Shown: positions 38,721 through 52,293, counted from the first letter of the stretch. The stretch is 64,000 nucleotides of DNA from Chiloscyllium plagiosum (GCF_004010195.1 NC_057710.1:58734870-58798869), one strand, 5' to 3'. Notes: generated from the letters alone by a model not told the origin. Translations and numbers: made by a program.

Positions 38721-39267
38721 CAAAGACACTGCAATCAAGTGCTGCTGAACCATCAATATTTATTATTTGATGTATTACAAGTGTGATTTTCAATTGAGTA
38801 CTAAATGTTGTTTATATTGTTTGGAATGGAATTTTATGGTATGTATGCATTATAGATTAACAGTGTCACTGAATCTTATTGCAAATCTGAACTGGGGGAA
38901 ACCATGATCATTATTACTGCCACATACTGAGCATTGTTTTAACACTTATCCCAACATTATCCCAAATTCTTTTCCTGTGCTGTATGCAGTGCTGTGTCCA
39001 GTATTGTATCCTGTAGACAAAGGACACTTTGTTTATAAAGCCATAGTTTATCCCACTCACCCAGATATATACCTTGCATGTGCCATTTATGAATGTATTA
39101 AACATTATAGGCTTAGATTTTCACTCCTGGGTTATAAGCACATAGCATGGACATTTCCCAGTTCCGCAAACCTGACCTGGGAGAAAGACACCTAGAAGTT
39201 GAGATTTTGGTGTTCCCTGGGAGTCGGGTCAGGCAACCCACAGCAAAGTTGGAAGACCTTCCTTTCA

Positions 39268-39900
39268 GAATAGAATATAATCCCTACAGTGTGGAAACAG
39301 GCCCTTTGGCCCAACAAGTCCACACCGATTCTCTGGAGAGTAACCCGCCCAGACCCATTCCCCTACATTTAACCCCTGACTAATGCACCCAACATACACA
39401 TCACTGAACACTGCAGACAATTTACCACTGTCAATTTACCGAAACTGCACATCTTTGGATTTACAAAGTTAAAAATCACACAATGCCAATTTATAGCAAA
39501 TGTTTACAGTGTGAGGTAACTGGAATTATATATTGAAAATATCAATATATAATTATATCCCACTGTAATCTTTTGCTATAAATTCTATGCCTTACAATCT
39601 TATTCTCCACAACCACCTGATGAAAGAGCAGTGCTCCAAAAGCTAGTACTTCCAAATAAACCGGTTGGACTATAACCTGGTGTTGCATGATTTTTTAAAC
39701 TTTGTACACCCCGGTCCAACACCAGAATCTCCAAATCAACTTTTGATTGTGTGAGGAAACCGAAGCAGCCACAGGAAACCCATGCAGACACAGGGAGAGC
39801 ATGCAAACTCCACACAGACAGTCACCTGAGGCTGAAATTGAACCTGGGTCTCTGGTACTATCAGGCAGCAATGCTAGCCACTGAGCCACTGTGCCACCTT
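39268..39900 (-). mobile_element. HE1-type V-SINE interrupted by a PLE
   Basis: Head at ~39900 (gtggcacagtggctcagtgg), tail at 39268; V domain split at ~39460/39740. Confidence 0.85.
39460..39739. mobile_element. Fold-back PLE mini-insertion (family of the 29.0k element)
   Basis: Inverted arms centred on aattatatattgaaaatatcaatatataatt. Hammerhead remnant CTGATGAAAGAGCAGTGCTCCAAAAGCTA at 39617-39645. Imperfect TSD ctttggatt / cttttgatt. Confidence 0.75.
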
Positions 39901-40567
39901 GGTGCTTTGTCACTGTTTTTCGTGAAAAGCTGAATGGATCACAGAATATTTTTCTATCATTGTTTGGGTGTTCCAATGTAACGACCATGTGCGTGTACTA
40001 TAATTACTGAATACAGTCAAAACTATGACTCCATAACATCTGTAGAGGGCTCTTGTCCCTATGCCCCAGCCAGAAGGCTTGAGTTTAAGTCTCACCTGGT
40101 CTATGGATACGTCATACACCCTGAACAGTTTAATTACAAATTTATAATATCTGGAGGAATTAAATATTACATTAGATTTTTTTTAAATTGCACAGTAGAA
40201 AAGCACAAGTAAATAGAACATCAGAGGAAAAAACTATTTTAATCAGCAGCACTTTTAAAAATCCCATGTTCTGTCATTGTCAGCTTATGTTGCACTGAAA
40301 TACACACCCATCTGGTTTCTATAATAACAGATACAGTAAATAGCCAGCAAGCACTCTGCTCACTTTAACGAGTTCAAAATTAGTTTAGGTTAAATTGCTG
40401 GTTAATGGAATACATCACAATTGTAAATGCAGCCAGAAACTGGCTTCATTCATAGATAGGATGAAGGATACAGAATGCTTGTACTTTACAAACTGTCAAT
40501 TAAATGTTGAGACAATACTACATTGCTGTAATATAGCATAACCTCTCTCTTTATCATTAACCATATT

Positions 40568-40812
40568 GGGTGGTATGGTGGCTCAATGGTTAGCACTGCC
40601 TCACAGCACCAGGGATCCAGATTTGATCCCAGTTGTGGGCGACCTGTTTGTGTGGAGTTAGCACGTTCGCCACTGTAGGTTTCCATCGGGTGTTCCAGTT
40701 TCCTCCTACAGTCCAAAGATTGGGCAGGGGATGGGGTCTGGGCAGGATGCTCTTCAGAGGGTTGGTGTGAACTTGATGGGCTGAACTTTCTGCACTTTGA
40801 GATTCTATGATT
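40568..40812 (+). mobile_element. Degenerate HE1-type V-SINE
   Basis: tggtggctcaatggttagcactgcctcacagcacc head and V-domain remnants. Confidence 0.8.
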
Positions 40813-40814
40813 TG

Positions 40815-41900
40815 ACATTGTAGTGAAAAAATATTTGCCTTTGTTAAATGCAGAATTCATGTTGCGGCTGTACAGGACATTGTTTAAATCACTTTTAGAA
40901 TACTGCATTCAGTTCTGGTCAATCTGCAAAAGAAAGGGTTCAGAAAAGATCTACAAGCATGTTGCTAGGGTTGGAGAGTTTTAGCTATAGGGAGAGGCAG
41001 GATAGGCTGGGGCTATTTTCCCTAGAGAGTCAGCAGCTGAGGGGTGATCTTATTGAAGCTTATAAAATGATGAGGGGCATGGATGGGGTGAATCGCCAAG
41101 GTCTTTTCCCCAGGTTAGGGGAGTCCAAAACTAGAGGGCATAGGTTTAAGCTGAGAGGGAAAGATATAAATGGGCGATAGATAGGATAGTGAAAAAGGCG
41201 TTTGGTAACTGCTGTGCTTTTCCAGCACCTCTAATGCAGAATCTGGTTCCCAGCATCTGCAGTCATTGTTTTTATCTATGCTTTCCTTTATTGGTCAGAG
41301 CATTGAGTATAAGAGTTGGGAGGTCATGTAGCAGCTGTACAGGATATTGATTCGGCCACTTTTGGAATATTGTGTGCAATTCTGGTCTCACTCCTATAGC
41401 AATGTTGTGAAATCTAAATGGAAAGGATTCAGAAAAGATTTACAAGGATGTTGCCAGGTTTGGAGGATTTGAACTACATGGAGAAGTTGAATAGGGTGGG
41501 GCTGTTTTCCCTGGAGCAGAGGGTGACCTTATAGAGGTTTCTCAAATCATGAGGGGCATGGATAGGATAAATAGACAAGGTCTTTTCCTGGGATGGGGGA
41601 GTCCAGAACTAGAGGGCATAGGTTTCAGGTGAGAGGGGAAAGATATAAAAGGGACCTAACGGGCAACTTTTTCACACAGAGGGTGGGACATGTATGGAAT
41701 GAGCTGCTAGAGGAAGTGGTGGAGGCTGGTACAATTATAATGTTTAAAAGGCATCTGGATGGGCATATGAGTAGGAAGGGTTTAGAGGGATATGGGCCAA
41801 ATGCTGGCACTTTGGACTAGATCAGTTTAGGATATCTGGTTGGCATGAGTGAGTTTGACTGAAGGGTCTCTTTCCATACTTTGCAGATCTAAGACTATGA
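40815..41900 (+). mobile_element. Two tandem CR1/HER1 fragments with a PLE tail at ~41207-41277
   Basis: Repeated RLGLFSLE..RGDLIE translations; ends in the HER1 3' UTR. Confidence 0.88.
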
Positions 41901-42255
41901 AGATTCAAGTCCCACTCAAGAGGCCTATCCACATAGTCTTGTTTGATATTTCTGCACACAACTGAGGGAGTGTTGTACTGTCAAAGATGTATCTAGTATT
42001 AAATTGAGGCACAGCCTACCTAATCAAGTAGGCATATCACTGTTTTGAAGAATAATAGGGTAATTTCTCATGAATATTTATCCGACAGCCAACTTCACTG
42101 AAACAGATTATCTAGTCATTTATCAGATTGTGGTTTGTGGGACCTCGGGTGTGTATTTTGGCTGCTGTATTTTCTCCATTAAGACAGTGAGCACACTATA
42201 AAACATGCTTATTTGGCTGTAAAACAATTTGGTCATCTTGAAACCATGACAGTGA
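41900..42255 (+). mobile_element. Old Deu-domain SINE (SacSINE1-like)
   Basis: B-box gattcaagtcccact, then gagggagtgttgtactgtc...aacagattatctagtcattt. Confidence 0.55.
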
Positions 42256-42391
42256 TGTGATCCTGGTAAAGATCAAAACCCAGGAATTTACTAAGAGAAT
42301 GAAGCCACGTGGTATGCTGTTTAAAACAAAGAATGAAGAAAATGTAAACACTAACACCTATATTATATCATAAATAGTCTAGTTAAAAAGG

Positions 42392-44488
42392 GTCATAGAG
42401 TCAGAGATATACAGCACAAAACAGACCCTTTGGTCCAACTCATTCAGGCCCCCATATATCCTAAATAAATCTTGTCTCATTTACTTGCACTTGGCTCATA
42501 TCCCTTTGAACCCTTCCTATTCATATACCCAACCAAATGCCTTTTAAAATTTTGTAATTGGACCAGCCTCCACCAGCTCATTCCACACACGCACCACCCT
42601 CTGTGAGGAAAAAGTTGTCCCTTTAATATTTTTCTCTCGCACCTTAAACCTATGTCCTCTAGTTCTGGACTGCCCCACTGTGGGGATAAAATCTTGTCGA
42701 TGTACCCTATCCATGCCCCTCATGATTTTTATAAACCTCTATAAGGTCACCCCTCAGCCTCCAACGCTACAAGGAAAATAGCCCCCGCAAATTCAGCCTC
42801 TCCCTCTAGCTCAAACCCTCCAACTCTGGCAACATCCTTGTAAATCTTATCCGAACCCTTTCAAGTTTCACAACATCCTTCCTATAGCAGGGGTCCAGAA
42901 TTACATGCAGCATTCCAATAGTAGCCGAACCACTATCCTGTATAGCCGCAATATGACCTCCTAACTCATATACTCAACGCACTGACCAATAAAGAAAAGC
43001 ATATCAAACACCTTCTTCACTATCCTATCTGTGACTCCACTTTCAAGGAACTATGAACCTGCACTCCAAGGTCTCTTTGTTCAGCAACACTGCCGAGGAA
43101 CTTACCATTAAGTGTGTAAGTCTGATTTGCCTTTTCAAAATGCAGCACCCCACATTTATATAAATTAAACTCTATCTACCATGCCTTGGCCCACTGGCCC
43201 ATCTGATCAAGATCTCATTGTATTCTGAGGTAACATTCTTTGCTGTCCACTATACCTCCAATTTTGGCCATAGAGTTCCACAGCATGGAGACATACCCTT
43301 CAGCCCAAACGTGTCCATGCCAACCAAAATGTCCATCCACTTTAACCCCATTTCCCTGCACTTGGCCATATCCTTCTAGTCCTTTCCTATCCATGTATTT
43401 GTCCAAATGCCTTTTAAATGCTATTAATGTACCCGTGTCAACCACTTTCACTGGCAGCTCATTCTGTAGGCATCCAACTCTGTGTAAAAACGTTGCCCCT
43501 CAGGTTCCCTTTTATTCTTTCCTCTCTAACCTTAAACTTATGCCCTCTAGTCCTGGATTCCCCAACCCTAGGAAAAAGACTGAGTGCATTCACCCAGTCC
43601 ATCCCTCTCATGATCTTAAAGACCTCTATAAGGTCCCCCTCAGTCTCCTACACTGTAAAGGAGAAAGTCCTAGCTTGTCCAATCTCTCCCTATAGCTTAG
43701 ACTGTTGAGTCCACATCACACCCTTGTAAATTTCTTCTGCATTTTTTCCTGTTTAATAACATCCTTCCTATAACAAGATGACCGAAACCCAACATAATAC
43801 TCCAAGTGCAGCCTCACCAACGTCCTGTATAACTGCAACATAACTTCCCAACTTCTTTACTCAATGCCCCAACTGATGGAGGCCAGTGTGCCAAAAGCTT
43901 CTTCACTGCCCTGTCTACATGTGACTCCACTTTGAGAGAGGTGTGATCCTGAACGCCAAGATCCCTCTGTTCCACTACATTGCTTAAGGCCCTACCATTC
44001 ACCATGAAACTCTAAACTTGGTTTAGCTTTCCAAATGCAATACCTCATAGTTATTTATATTAAACTCAACTTGCCATTTTTTGGCCCACTTCCCCAGCTG
44101 ATCAAGATCCAACTGCAATTTCTGATAACCTTCCCTACTTTCCACAATGCCGCCTATTTTAGTGTCATCAGCAAACTTACTAATCATGCCTTGTACATTC
44201 TCATCCATATCACTGATATAGGTAACAAACAGTAATGGGCCCAGAGTCGAAGAGTGTGGTGCTGGAAAAACAGCTGGTCAGACAGCACCCAAGGAGCAGG
44301 AGAGTCAACGTTTCTGGCATAAGCCCTTCATCAGGAATGGACCCAGCTCAGATCCCTTAGGCACTCCACTAGTCTCAGGCCTCCAGTCTGACAAGCATCC
44401 TTCCACTATTAGCCTCTGCTTCCTACCATCAAGTCAATTTTGTATCCAATTTGCTAGCTTGCCCTGGATTCCATGCGATCTAACTTTT
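42392..44488 (-). mobile_element. Two stacked CR1 LINEs (second 3' end at ~43268)
   Basis: ISKFADDTKIGG, QRDLGVQ and WQVEFN motifs; two 3' UTRs. Confidence 0.9.
44245..44335 (-). mobile_element. PLE 3' micro-insertion with hammerhead
   Basis: CTGATGAAGGGCTTATGCCAGAAACGTT at 44334-44307. TSD aatgggcccag / aatggacccag at 44234-44244 and 44336-44346. Confidence 0.8.
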
Positions 44489-45450
44489 CATTGCAGATGG
44501 CACTAAAGTCGGTGGTGTAGTGTACAGTGTGGAAGAATGTTGCAGGTTGCAGGGGGACTTGGATAAACTGCAGAATTGGGCTGAGAGGAGGCAAATGGAG
44601 TTCAATGCAGATAAATGTGAGGTGACTCACTTTGGGAAGAATAACAGGAAGGCAGAATACTGGGTCAATGGAAAGATTCTTGGTAGTGTGGATGTGCAGA
44701 GGGATCTTGGAGTCCATGTACATAGATCCCTGAAAGTTGCCACCCAGGTTGATAGTGCTGTTAAGAAGGCATATGGTGTGTTGGGTTTCGTTTGGAGGGG
44801 GATTGAGATCTGGAGCCGTAATATCTCGGTGAACAATTTCCAATATAAATTACAATTAGGCCCCAACTTACCTTCTAATTTTATTTTTTGTGAAGTTCTA
44901 CAGGGCATTGATGAGATCACATCCCAAATACCATGTGCAGTTTTGGTCTCCTTATTTAAGAAAGAATATAAATGCAATGAAGAAGGTTCAGAAGAAATTC
45001 ATGAGATTGATACCGAGAATGAGTAAGTTGTCTTATGAGGTAAGTTTGGACAGACTGGGCTCAAATTTCCACTGGAGTTTTGAAGATTGAGGGGTGACTT
45101 GATTGAAGTGAATAAAATTCCGAATGGTCTTCACAAGGTGGATGTGGAAAGGATGCTTGCTCTTGTGGGTGAGTCCAGACTGGGGGGAAATGTTTAAAGT
45201 TAAGGGTAACCCTCTTCAGATTGAGTTGAGGAGAAGGTTGTACAACTTTGCAACATTCTGTTTCAGAAAGTGATGAAGGTGTGGTTATTAAACATTTTAA
45301 AGGTAGCAGTAAATAGATTTTTGTTAGGGAATTAAATGTCTTTGGGCGTAGATAGGAATGCGGAATTTGAAACACAAACAGATCAGGCACAATCATCCTG
45401 AGTAGGCCTGAGGTGCCTAATGGCCTACTTCATTCCCTAATTCGTATTGG
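44489..45450 (+). mobile_element. CR1 fragments (44489-44822 and ~44880-45450)
   Basis: LQGDLDKLQNWAERRQMEFNADKCEV ORF; second piece runs to a CR1 3' UTR. Confidence 0.88.
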
Positions 45451-45787
45451 CAAATGTATGTTTGCAACATGCAGCTGTCTTAAAGGCACAACATCTTTGA
45501 TTTTTTTTGCATCCTAAATTAGAAGAGCTGACTTGTGCATAGCTTGCACAGAAACCTCCAGATCTTACTGTGCAGTTGAGGGGAAACACTGGTTAGCTCT
45601 TTTTACAGTGAATTAAGGACACAATTCTCCTGACAAAGGTCAATCACCCTTGTCTGATTTCACCCTGAGTATGTTGAGACCTCCTGAGGAGGACTATCCT
45701 CTTGACTTGACTGAGGTCTGCTGACAATCATGACAAGCTTCTTGGCCCTGTGGTTGTGCTAAAAGGCATGGCAATACTGAAGTAATA

Positions 45788-45971
45788 TTAAACAAGAACA
45801 AAAAGTTGTTGGTGAAACTCAGCAGGTCTGGCAGCATCTGTGGGAAGAAAGCAAAATTAATATTTCAAGTCCAGTGACTCTTCTTCAGGTTCTGCCAGAC
45901 CTACTGAGTTTCACCAGCAATTACTGTTTTTGTTTCAGATCTCTAGCATCCACAGTTCTTTGTTTTATTTA
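45788..45971. mobile_element. Inverted-arm PLE mini-insertion
   Basis: ggtgaaactcagcaggtctggcag / ctgccagacctactgagtttcacc arms. Minus-strand CTGAAGAAGAGTCACTGGACTTGAAATATT. TSD actgaagtaata / actgaggtaata. Confidence 0.75.
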
Positions 45972-47469
45972 ACTGAGGTAATACAGCCTGGTATACCTGG
46001 CTGAGGGGCAAAGCCCTGGTCCAGTACATAAACTGAGTGCATATCACTGAACGCAAAATGTCCTTGCTGCAGAATTATGATCGTAGATGCTGGTACAGTC
46101 TACTATGCAAAACTGAAGATCAGAAGCATCCTCTAAGTGGCTTGGAGATATGCTGAGAGTTCTTACAGGTTGGCACATTTTGAATGACAATATCCACAGA
46201 CTTGGGGTGCATGTGGCCAGTCTTCATGGAGTTTGCCCAGTTTCCAACATGGAGATTAATCAGAGCAGACAGTGAGCTCTGTTGGTCATATACCCGATCT
46301 GGTTTACTTGCCGAATTATCTTCACTTTCCATTTGTTTGGCCAGATGGGAGCCTTTAACCAATATAATGAGTGGTGGCGTTAACAAGCATTTAATAAGCA
46401 TGAATTCCTGTCAATTTGCATCATTTCACTGCTCATGAAGAATCCTGCCATGCTGCTTGTGAAAAACATAAATGACTAAAAGCGTAAGATTAGCTCAACA
46501 TTGAGATGGGCCTTGTTGCACTTGTCACCCAAATATGACACACACCTCATCATAGCTCACATCATTCATATCCCTATAAGGTTCCACTCTTGGCTTCAAC
46601 TAGTGAGAAAAACAAGGGCAATACCACCACCTGCAATCTAGCCCCAAGTCCCACATCATCCTGATTTACAAATATACTGCCATTTTACCACTATTACTGG
46701 GTCAAATGATGGAACTGCCTTTCGAACACACTGTCAGTGTTACTACTTCAAATGGATTCTAGGGTTCAAAAAGGCAGCTCACTCCCACCTTCTCAATATT
46801 AATAATGTTAATACCCTGATTCTGTACTCATTCCTAATACAAGTATTTGAAATATGTGGCCAGACATAAAGAATACAAAAATATGTTGTTTTTTAAATTT
46901 GCATCAGAGCTTTGAAAACTTAAATTAGGTCACCTAATTACCATAACAGACCTGTAAACAGAGATTGGCAGATTGAATGCAGCAGCTTACAAAAGTGTCA
47001 TATCACCCATAACATCTGCTCAGAAAATAGAAGTACAACACAGACAGTAATCAAGTGCAAATTTATGCACCATTGCACAAAACAAATCTGTTACAGTGCA
47101 AACTTTCCCTATTATGTAATCTGCTGGGATTTCTGCAATGTTTCAATTTTTCTGCTTGGGCATTTAATTCATTTTAAAACCCGCCAATACAGTGACACTG
47201 TCCATTCCAATGTATAGTCAGCAGGATAGACTGCAAAAAAGCATTTTATTTTTATTTTGCATTACAACTTTATGATATCCTATTTGGGTTTCAGTCTTAC
47301 TCAACTTCAAATGATCTTCCTCCTGGAGTACAATAAATTTACTAAATGTTAAGCGTAGCTCGTGAGAAACAAAAACATTTTGTGCTAGAATCTGTAAAAC
47401 AAATGCCCTGAATATTGTTTTTTTCTTGTCAGAAACTCATCAAAAAGTGCAACAAAATTGCTTTGTTTC

Positions 47470-50400
47470 TTAGAACATAGAACAGTACAGCACAGTAACG
47501 GACCCCTCGGCCCACAACATTGCGCCGAACAAGATGCCAAATTAAACTAATCCTTCCTGCCTGTCCTTGGTCCACATCTCTCCATTCCTTGCATGTTCAT
47601 GTCCTTTTCTAAACATCCCTTAAACGCCCCTATCATACCTGTCTCCACCACTACCCCTGGCACCACTTTCCAGTCTGTGTAAAAGAAACTTGCCTCTGAC
47701 ATACCGTTTGAATTTTCCTTCTTTCACCTTTAATGCATGTCCCCTAGTATTAAACATTTCCACTCTGGGAAAAAGATTCTGACTGTCAGCCCTATTTATG
47801 CACCTCATTAATGTTATAGACTGCCATCAAGTTTCCCCTCAGCCTCTGCTGCTGCAGCAAAAGCAACCTGAGTTTTCTAGCCTCTCCTCTAATCCAGCAG
47901 CATCCTTGTAAACTACTTCTGCACCTTCTCTAAAGCTTCCACATCCTTCCTGAAATATGGTAACCAGAATTGAATGCAATGCTCTAAGTGTGGCCTGACC
48001 AAAACCTTATAAAGCTGCAACGTGACATCCTGACTTTTGTACTCAATTCCCCAACCATACTCAATTCCCCAACCAATAAAGGCAAACATGCCATATGCCT
48101 TCTGCCCTACCTAGCTTCAGGGAGCAATGGACTTGAACCTCAAGATCACTCTATACATCAATGCTTTTCAGTCCTGTCATTAACTGTATACTTTTCCTTA
48201 CCATTTGATCTCCCAAAGTGCAGTACTTCTCAGTTACCTGGATTAAACTCCATCTACCATATCTCCACCCATATTTACAACTGATCTATATCCAGCTGTA
48301 TCATTTGACAACCTGCTACACTATCCACAATTCCACTGATCTTTGTGTCATCTGCAAACTTACTAACTCACCCATCTATATTTTCATCCAAACGATTTAT
48401 ATATATCACAAACAGCAGAGACCCGGTATGGATCCCTGTGGAATACCACTAGTCACGGACTTGCAGCCAGAAAAACACCCTTCCACCGCTACCTTCTGCC
48501 TTCTATAGGCAAGTCAATTCTGAATCCAAGCAGCTAAGTCACCATGGATTCCATGCATCTTAATTTTCTGAATGATCTACCATGAGGGACCTTGTCAAAA
48601 GCCTTACGAAAATTCACGTACACAACATCCACTACTCCATTCTCATCAATCACCTTTGTCACCTCCTCGAAAAATTCAATCAAGTTAGTAAGACATGACC
48701 TGCCCCACACACAGCCACGCTGACTGTCCTAATTGGCCATGCTTTTCCAAATATGTGTAAATCCTATCCCAAAGATTTCTCTCCAGTAGCTTCCCAAGCA
48801 CCGCTGCAAAACTCATTAGTCTATAGTTTCCTGGATTATCCCTGTTTCCCTTCTTGAACAGAGGAACAACATTAGCTGGGACTTCTCCAGTGGCTAGCTC
48901 TTGGTCTAGGCCCCAGCAATTTCCTCTCTTGCCTCTCTCAATAACCTGGGATAGATACGAGCAGGTCTGAGGACTTATTCACTTTAATGCTCTTCAGGAG
49001 ACCCAACACCACTTCTCTTGTGATCTCAAAATGCCCTAGCATATTAGCATGCTCCACTATCCTCCCTATCCTCCCTATCCTTCCCCTGGGTGAATACCGA
49101 TGCAAAACACTCATTTAGGATCTCGTCCACATCCTCTGCCTCTAAGCACAAGTTCCCTCCTTTATCTTTGAGGAGTCCTACCTTCTCCCTAGTTATGCTC
49201 TTATTTTTAATGCCTTGGGATTCTCTTTAACCCTACTTGCCAAGGTCACTTCATGGCCCCTTCCTGTTCTCCTAATTCCCTGCTTGAGTTCTTTCTTGCT
49301 TTCTTTATATTCCTCATGGGTCTGTCCAATTTTAGCTTCCTAAACCTTATATATGCTTCTTTTTTTTCCAACTAAATTCACAACCTCCCTCGTCATCTCA
49401 GGGTCCTTCCTCCTGACTGGAACATGCCAGTCCTAAACTCTAGGTTGAAACTTTATTGCTGGAACAGCACAGCAGGTCAGGCAGCATCCAGGGAACAGGA
49501 GATTCGACGTTTCGGGCACAGGCCCTTCTTCAGGACTCCTGAAGAAGGGCCTGTGCCCGAAACGTCGAATCTCCTGTTCCCTGGATGCTGCCTGACCTGC
49601 TGTGCTGTTCCAGCAATAAAGTTTCAACTTTGATCTCCAGCATCTGCAGACCTCACTTAGTCCTAAACTCTAATCAGTCGGTCTTTAAACAGCACCCACA
49701 TGTCAAATGTGGACTTGCCCGATAACAAATCCACCCAATTAACACTCCCTAGCTCTTGCCTCATACTTATGTTGCCATCCCCCAATTTACTACCTTTCCC
49801 ACAAGGTCCTGACCTATTCTTCTTCATAGCTATCTTAAAACTTAGGGAGTTGTGTTCACTGTTTCAAAATGCTCTCTCAATGCAAGGTCAGTCACCTGGC
49901 CAGGTTCATTAGCCAATACAAAGTCCAGTATGGCCCCTCCTCTAGTGGGACTATCCACACACTGTTTCAAGAAACCCTCTTGAAAGCACTTTAAAAAATT
50001 CTGCCCTGTCTAAGCCTCTTGCTCGAAGGAAGTTCCAGTCCATATTGGGGAAGTTAAAGTCACCCATTACGACAACCCTGTCTGCCTAACATATTTGTTC
50101 CTCAATGTCTCAGTGGCTGTTTGGGGTCCGAGAGTATAATCCAATCAGAGTGACTGCACCCAACTTATTTTTTAGCTGTACCCATATTGCCTCAATGGAT
50201 CAGCCCTCCAGTATGTCCTGAGTGTAGCTGTGACATTCTTCCCAATTAGTAATGCAATCCCTCCATCTCTTTTACCTTCCACTCTATCTCATCTAAGACA
50301 GTGAAATCCTGGAAAGTTGAGCAGTCAATCCTGTCCCTCTCTCAACCAAGGAGAAAGTGAGGACTGCAGATGCTGGAGATCAGAGCTGAAAATGTGTTGC

Positions 50401-50900
50401 TGGAAAAGCGCAGCAGGTCAGGCAGCATCCTTTGCTACAACACCATAGTCCCATGTACTGATCCAGGCTCTAAGCTCATCTGCTTTACCAATACATTCTA
50501 TGCATTGAAAGAAACACATTTCAGCCCATTAGTACCATCATGTTCATTTACCTGTCTCTGCCTGTCCTTCCTTTCTGACTTACTAGTCCTAACATCTATC
50601 TTCCCCCTCAATCCCTTCACTTGCTGACCTGCTGCTCTCACTGATTCCCATTGCCTCCCTCCACTCTAGTTTAAACCCTCCCACCACTTTAATTTTAAAC
50701 CATTCCAAGTAGCACTAGCAAATCTACCTGTGAGGATATTGATTCCCCTCCATTTTATGTGCAACCCGTCCCTCTTGTACAGGTCACCCATGCCCCAGAA
50801 GAGGTCTCAATGATTGAAGAACCTGAAACCCTGCCCCTGCACCAGCTACTCAGCCACACATTCGTCTGTCCTATCTTACCATTCCTTGCCTCACTAGCAA
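47470..50900 (-). mobile_element. Long degenerate CR1 LINE (ORF1 end, endonuclease, RT, 3' UTR)
   Basis: Reverse-complement motifs KFADDTK, GIPQGSIPG, NYRLMSF and DFNFPN; tagaacatagaa tail. Interrupted by PLE pieces at 49443-49658 and 50351-50430. Confidence 0.9.
49443..49658. mobile_element. Young perfect palindromic PLE mini-insertion with two divergent hammerheads
   Basis: 92-bp perfect arms 49444-49535 and 49537-49628, 1-nt centre. 14-bp TSD agtcctaaactcta at 49429-49442 and 49659-49672. Cores at 49539-49566 (+) and 49533-49506 (-). Confidence 0.94.
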
Positions 50901-52293
50901 AGTATTCTGAAAGTATTTTTCCAAACCTGGAGCTAAGAAAATGTAACAGGCCCAGAAATTCCTATCAGGCTTTATCTGCAGGCCCCATGTATATCACACC
51001 CAAAGTTTTCTTAATCTGGCTATATTCATGCCATTTTGCTGGGATCAGGAAGAATGTTTGGAGCTGCAGTTCAGCCACCAGTCTGACAGGAGCTCTCTCT
51101 CAATTATATTGCACAATGGTAGCCATTTTGACCTGAGGCCTAAAGATTATCCAAGAGGATAAAGAAGTCCAAAAACCAATGATACCATGGTCAAGAAATT
51201 TTAAGCTCTGCCCCAACAGTTGAGGGTATTGAAATATCAACATTGAACATACTGATCTCAGCAATTCCAATTCGTTGCAATGTTTATACAACAGAATTAG
51301 GACATTGGAGAGTTTCCACAAAATGAGGCAGACAGGAGTTTAATTACATTCAAAAGGCACAGCATCAACATCATCAGCTCTGTAATTTAAATGTACTGCT
51401 AGACATGAGGGATACACATTGTAGCTTTTCAGAAGTCTCTTAAGTTCTTACTGTCTTGAAGTGTGAACACTTTACTTCAGCAAATACCTGCACCTCCCTT
51501 TAATCTTTAACAGATACATCATCCAAGCCTGTTGACAGGCAGACTGCAGAATAGGTCATATGACTCCCTTCATTTTATGCTGAATTCAAGACAGTCCCAA
51601 AATATAACAACCTTATGGAAAATCCTACTTAATACTGTATACTATATCTCCTGTCTTATCCCAGGGAAACGTAGCTGTCTTTATTCAATATTATACACTT
51701 TGACTTTATAGTCAAATAATTAATCTTTAAATGAAATGATTACAGTCACAGAGCATAGGCCTCCTCATTAGAGATTCTTGCAGTGCAATGTTTAATAAAT
51801 TGGAAATTGGCCCGATATGGCCAATAAAAATGACAAACTCTGATTAAACGACTTTTGTTAAACAGCCTATAATTTACATTTGAAAGAACTGCTTCCTGCC
51901 TTGGATAAGTCTGTGCTTACAATTTGCATTTTATTTCCCTAATTCTACAGAATTGATTTTTTCAGACAGTCCAGTACAACTGAACATCAGTACAATTCTT
52001 CTAAGCCATGGCAAACAGAATATCAGGCACAGGGAGTCGAGTGCCTTGTTATTGAATTTTAAAATGAAATCTGCAAATATATGAGGTAGTCAAACTTCAA
52101 AAAGTGCTCATACTAAAGAGGAATTAAACTGAGGCACCACCTATTCTCAAGGGTTGTGATAAAAGAGCTTATAGCACTGTGGATAATTGATGGAACATTG
52201 TAGAAGAGCAGGAAATGTCAAACACATGGTGTTTTATCTACATAACTCATTGTTGATAAAGTGGACTATTACATTACTAATAACTGTTCCATT

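Noticed and set aside
48040-48075. 18-bp tandem duplication (tactcaattccccaacca x2)
   Set aside because: Ordinary slippage inside a dead CR1.
49424-49633. Identical peptides on both strands (also 24015-24324)
   Set aside because: A by-product of the DNA palindrome, not protein genes.
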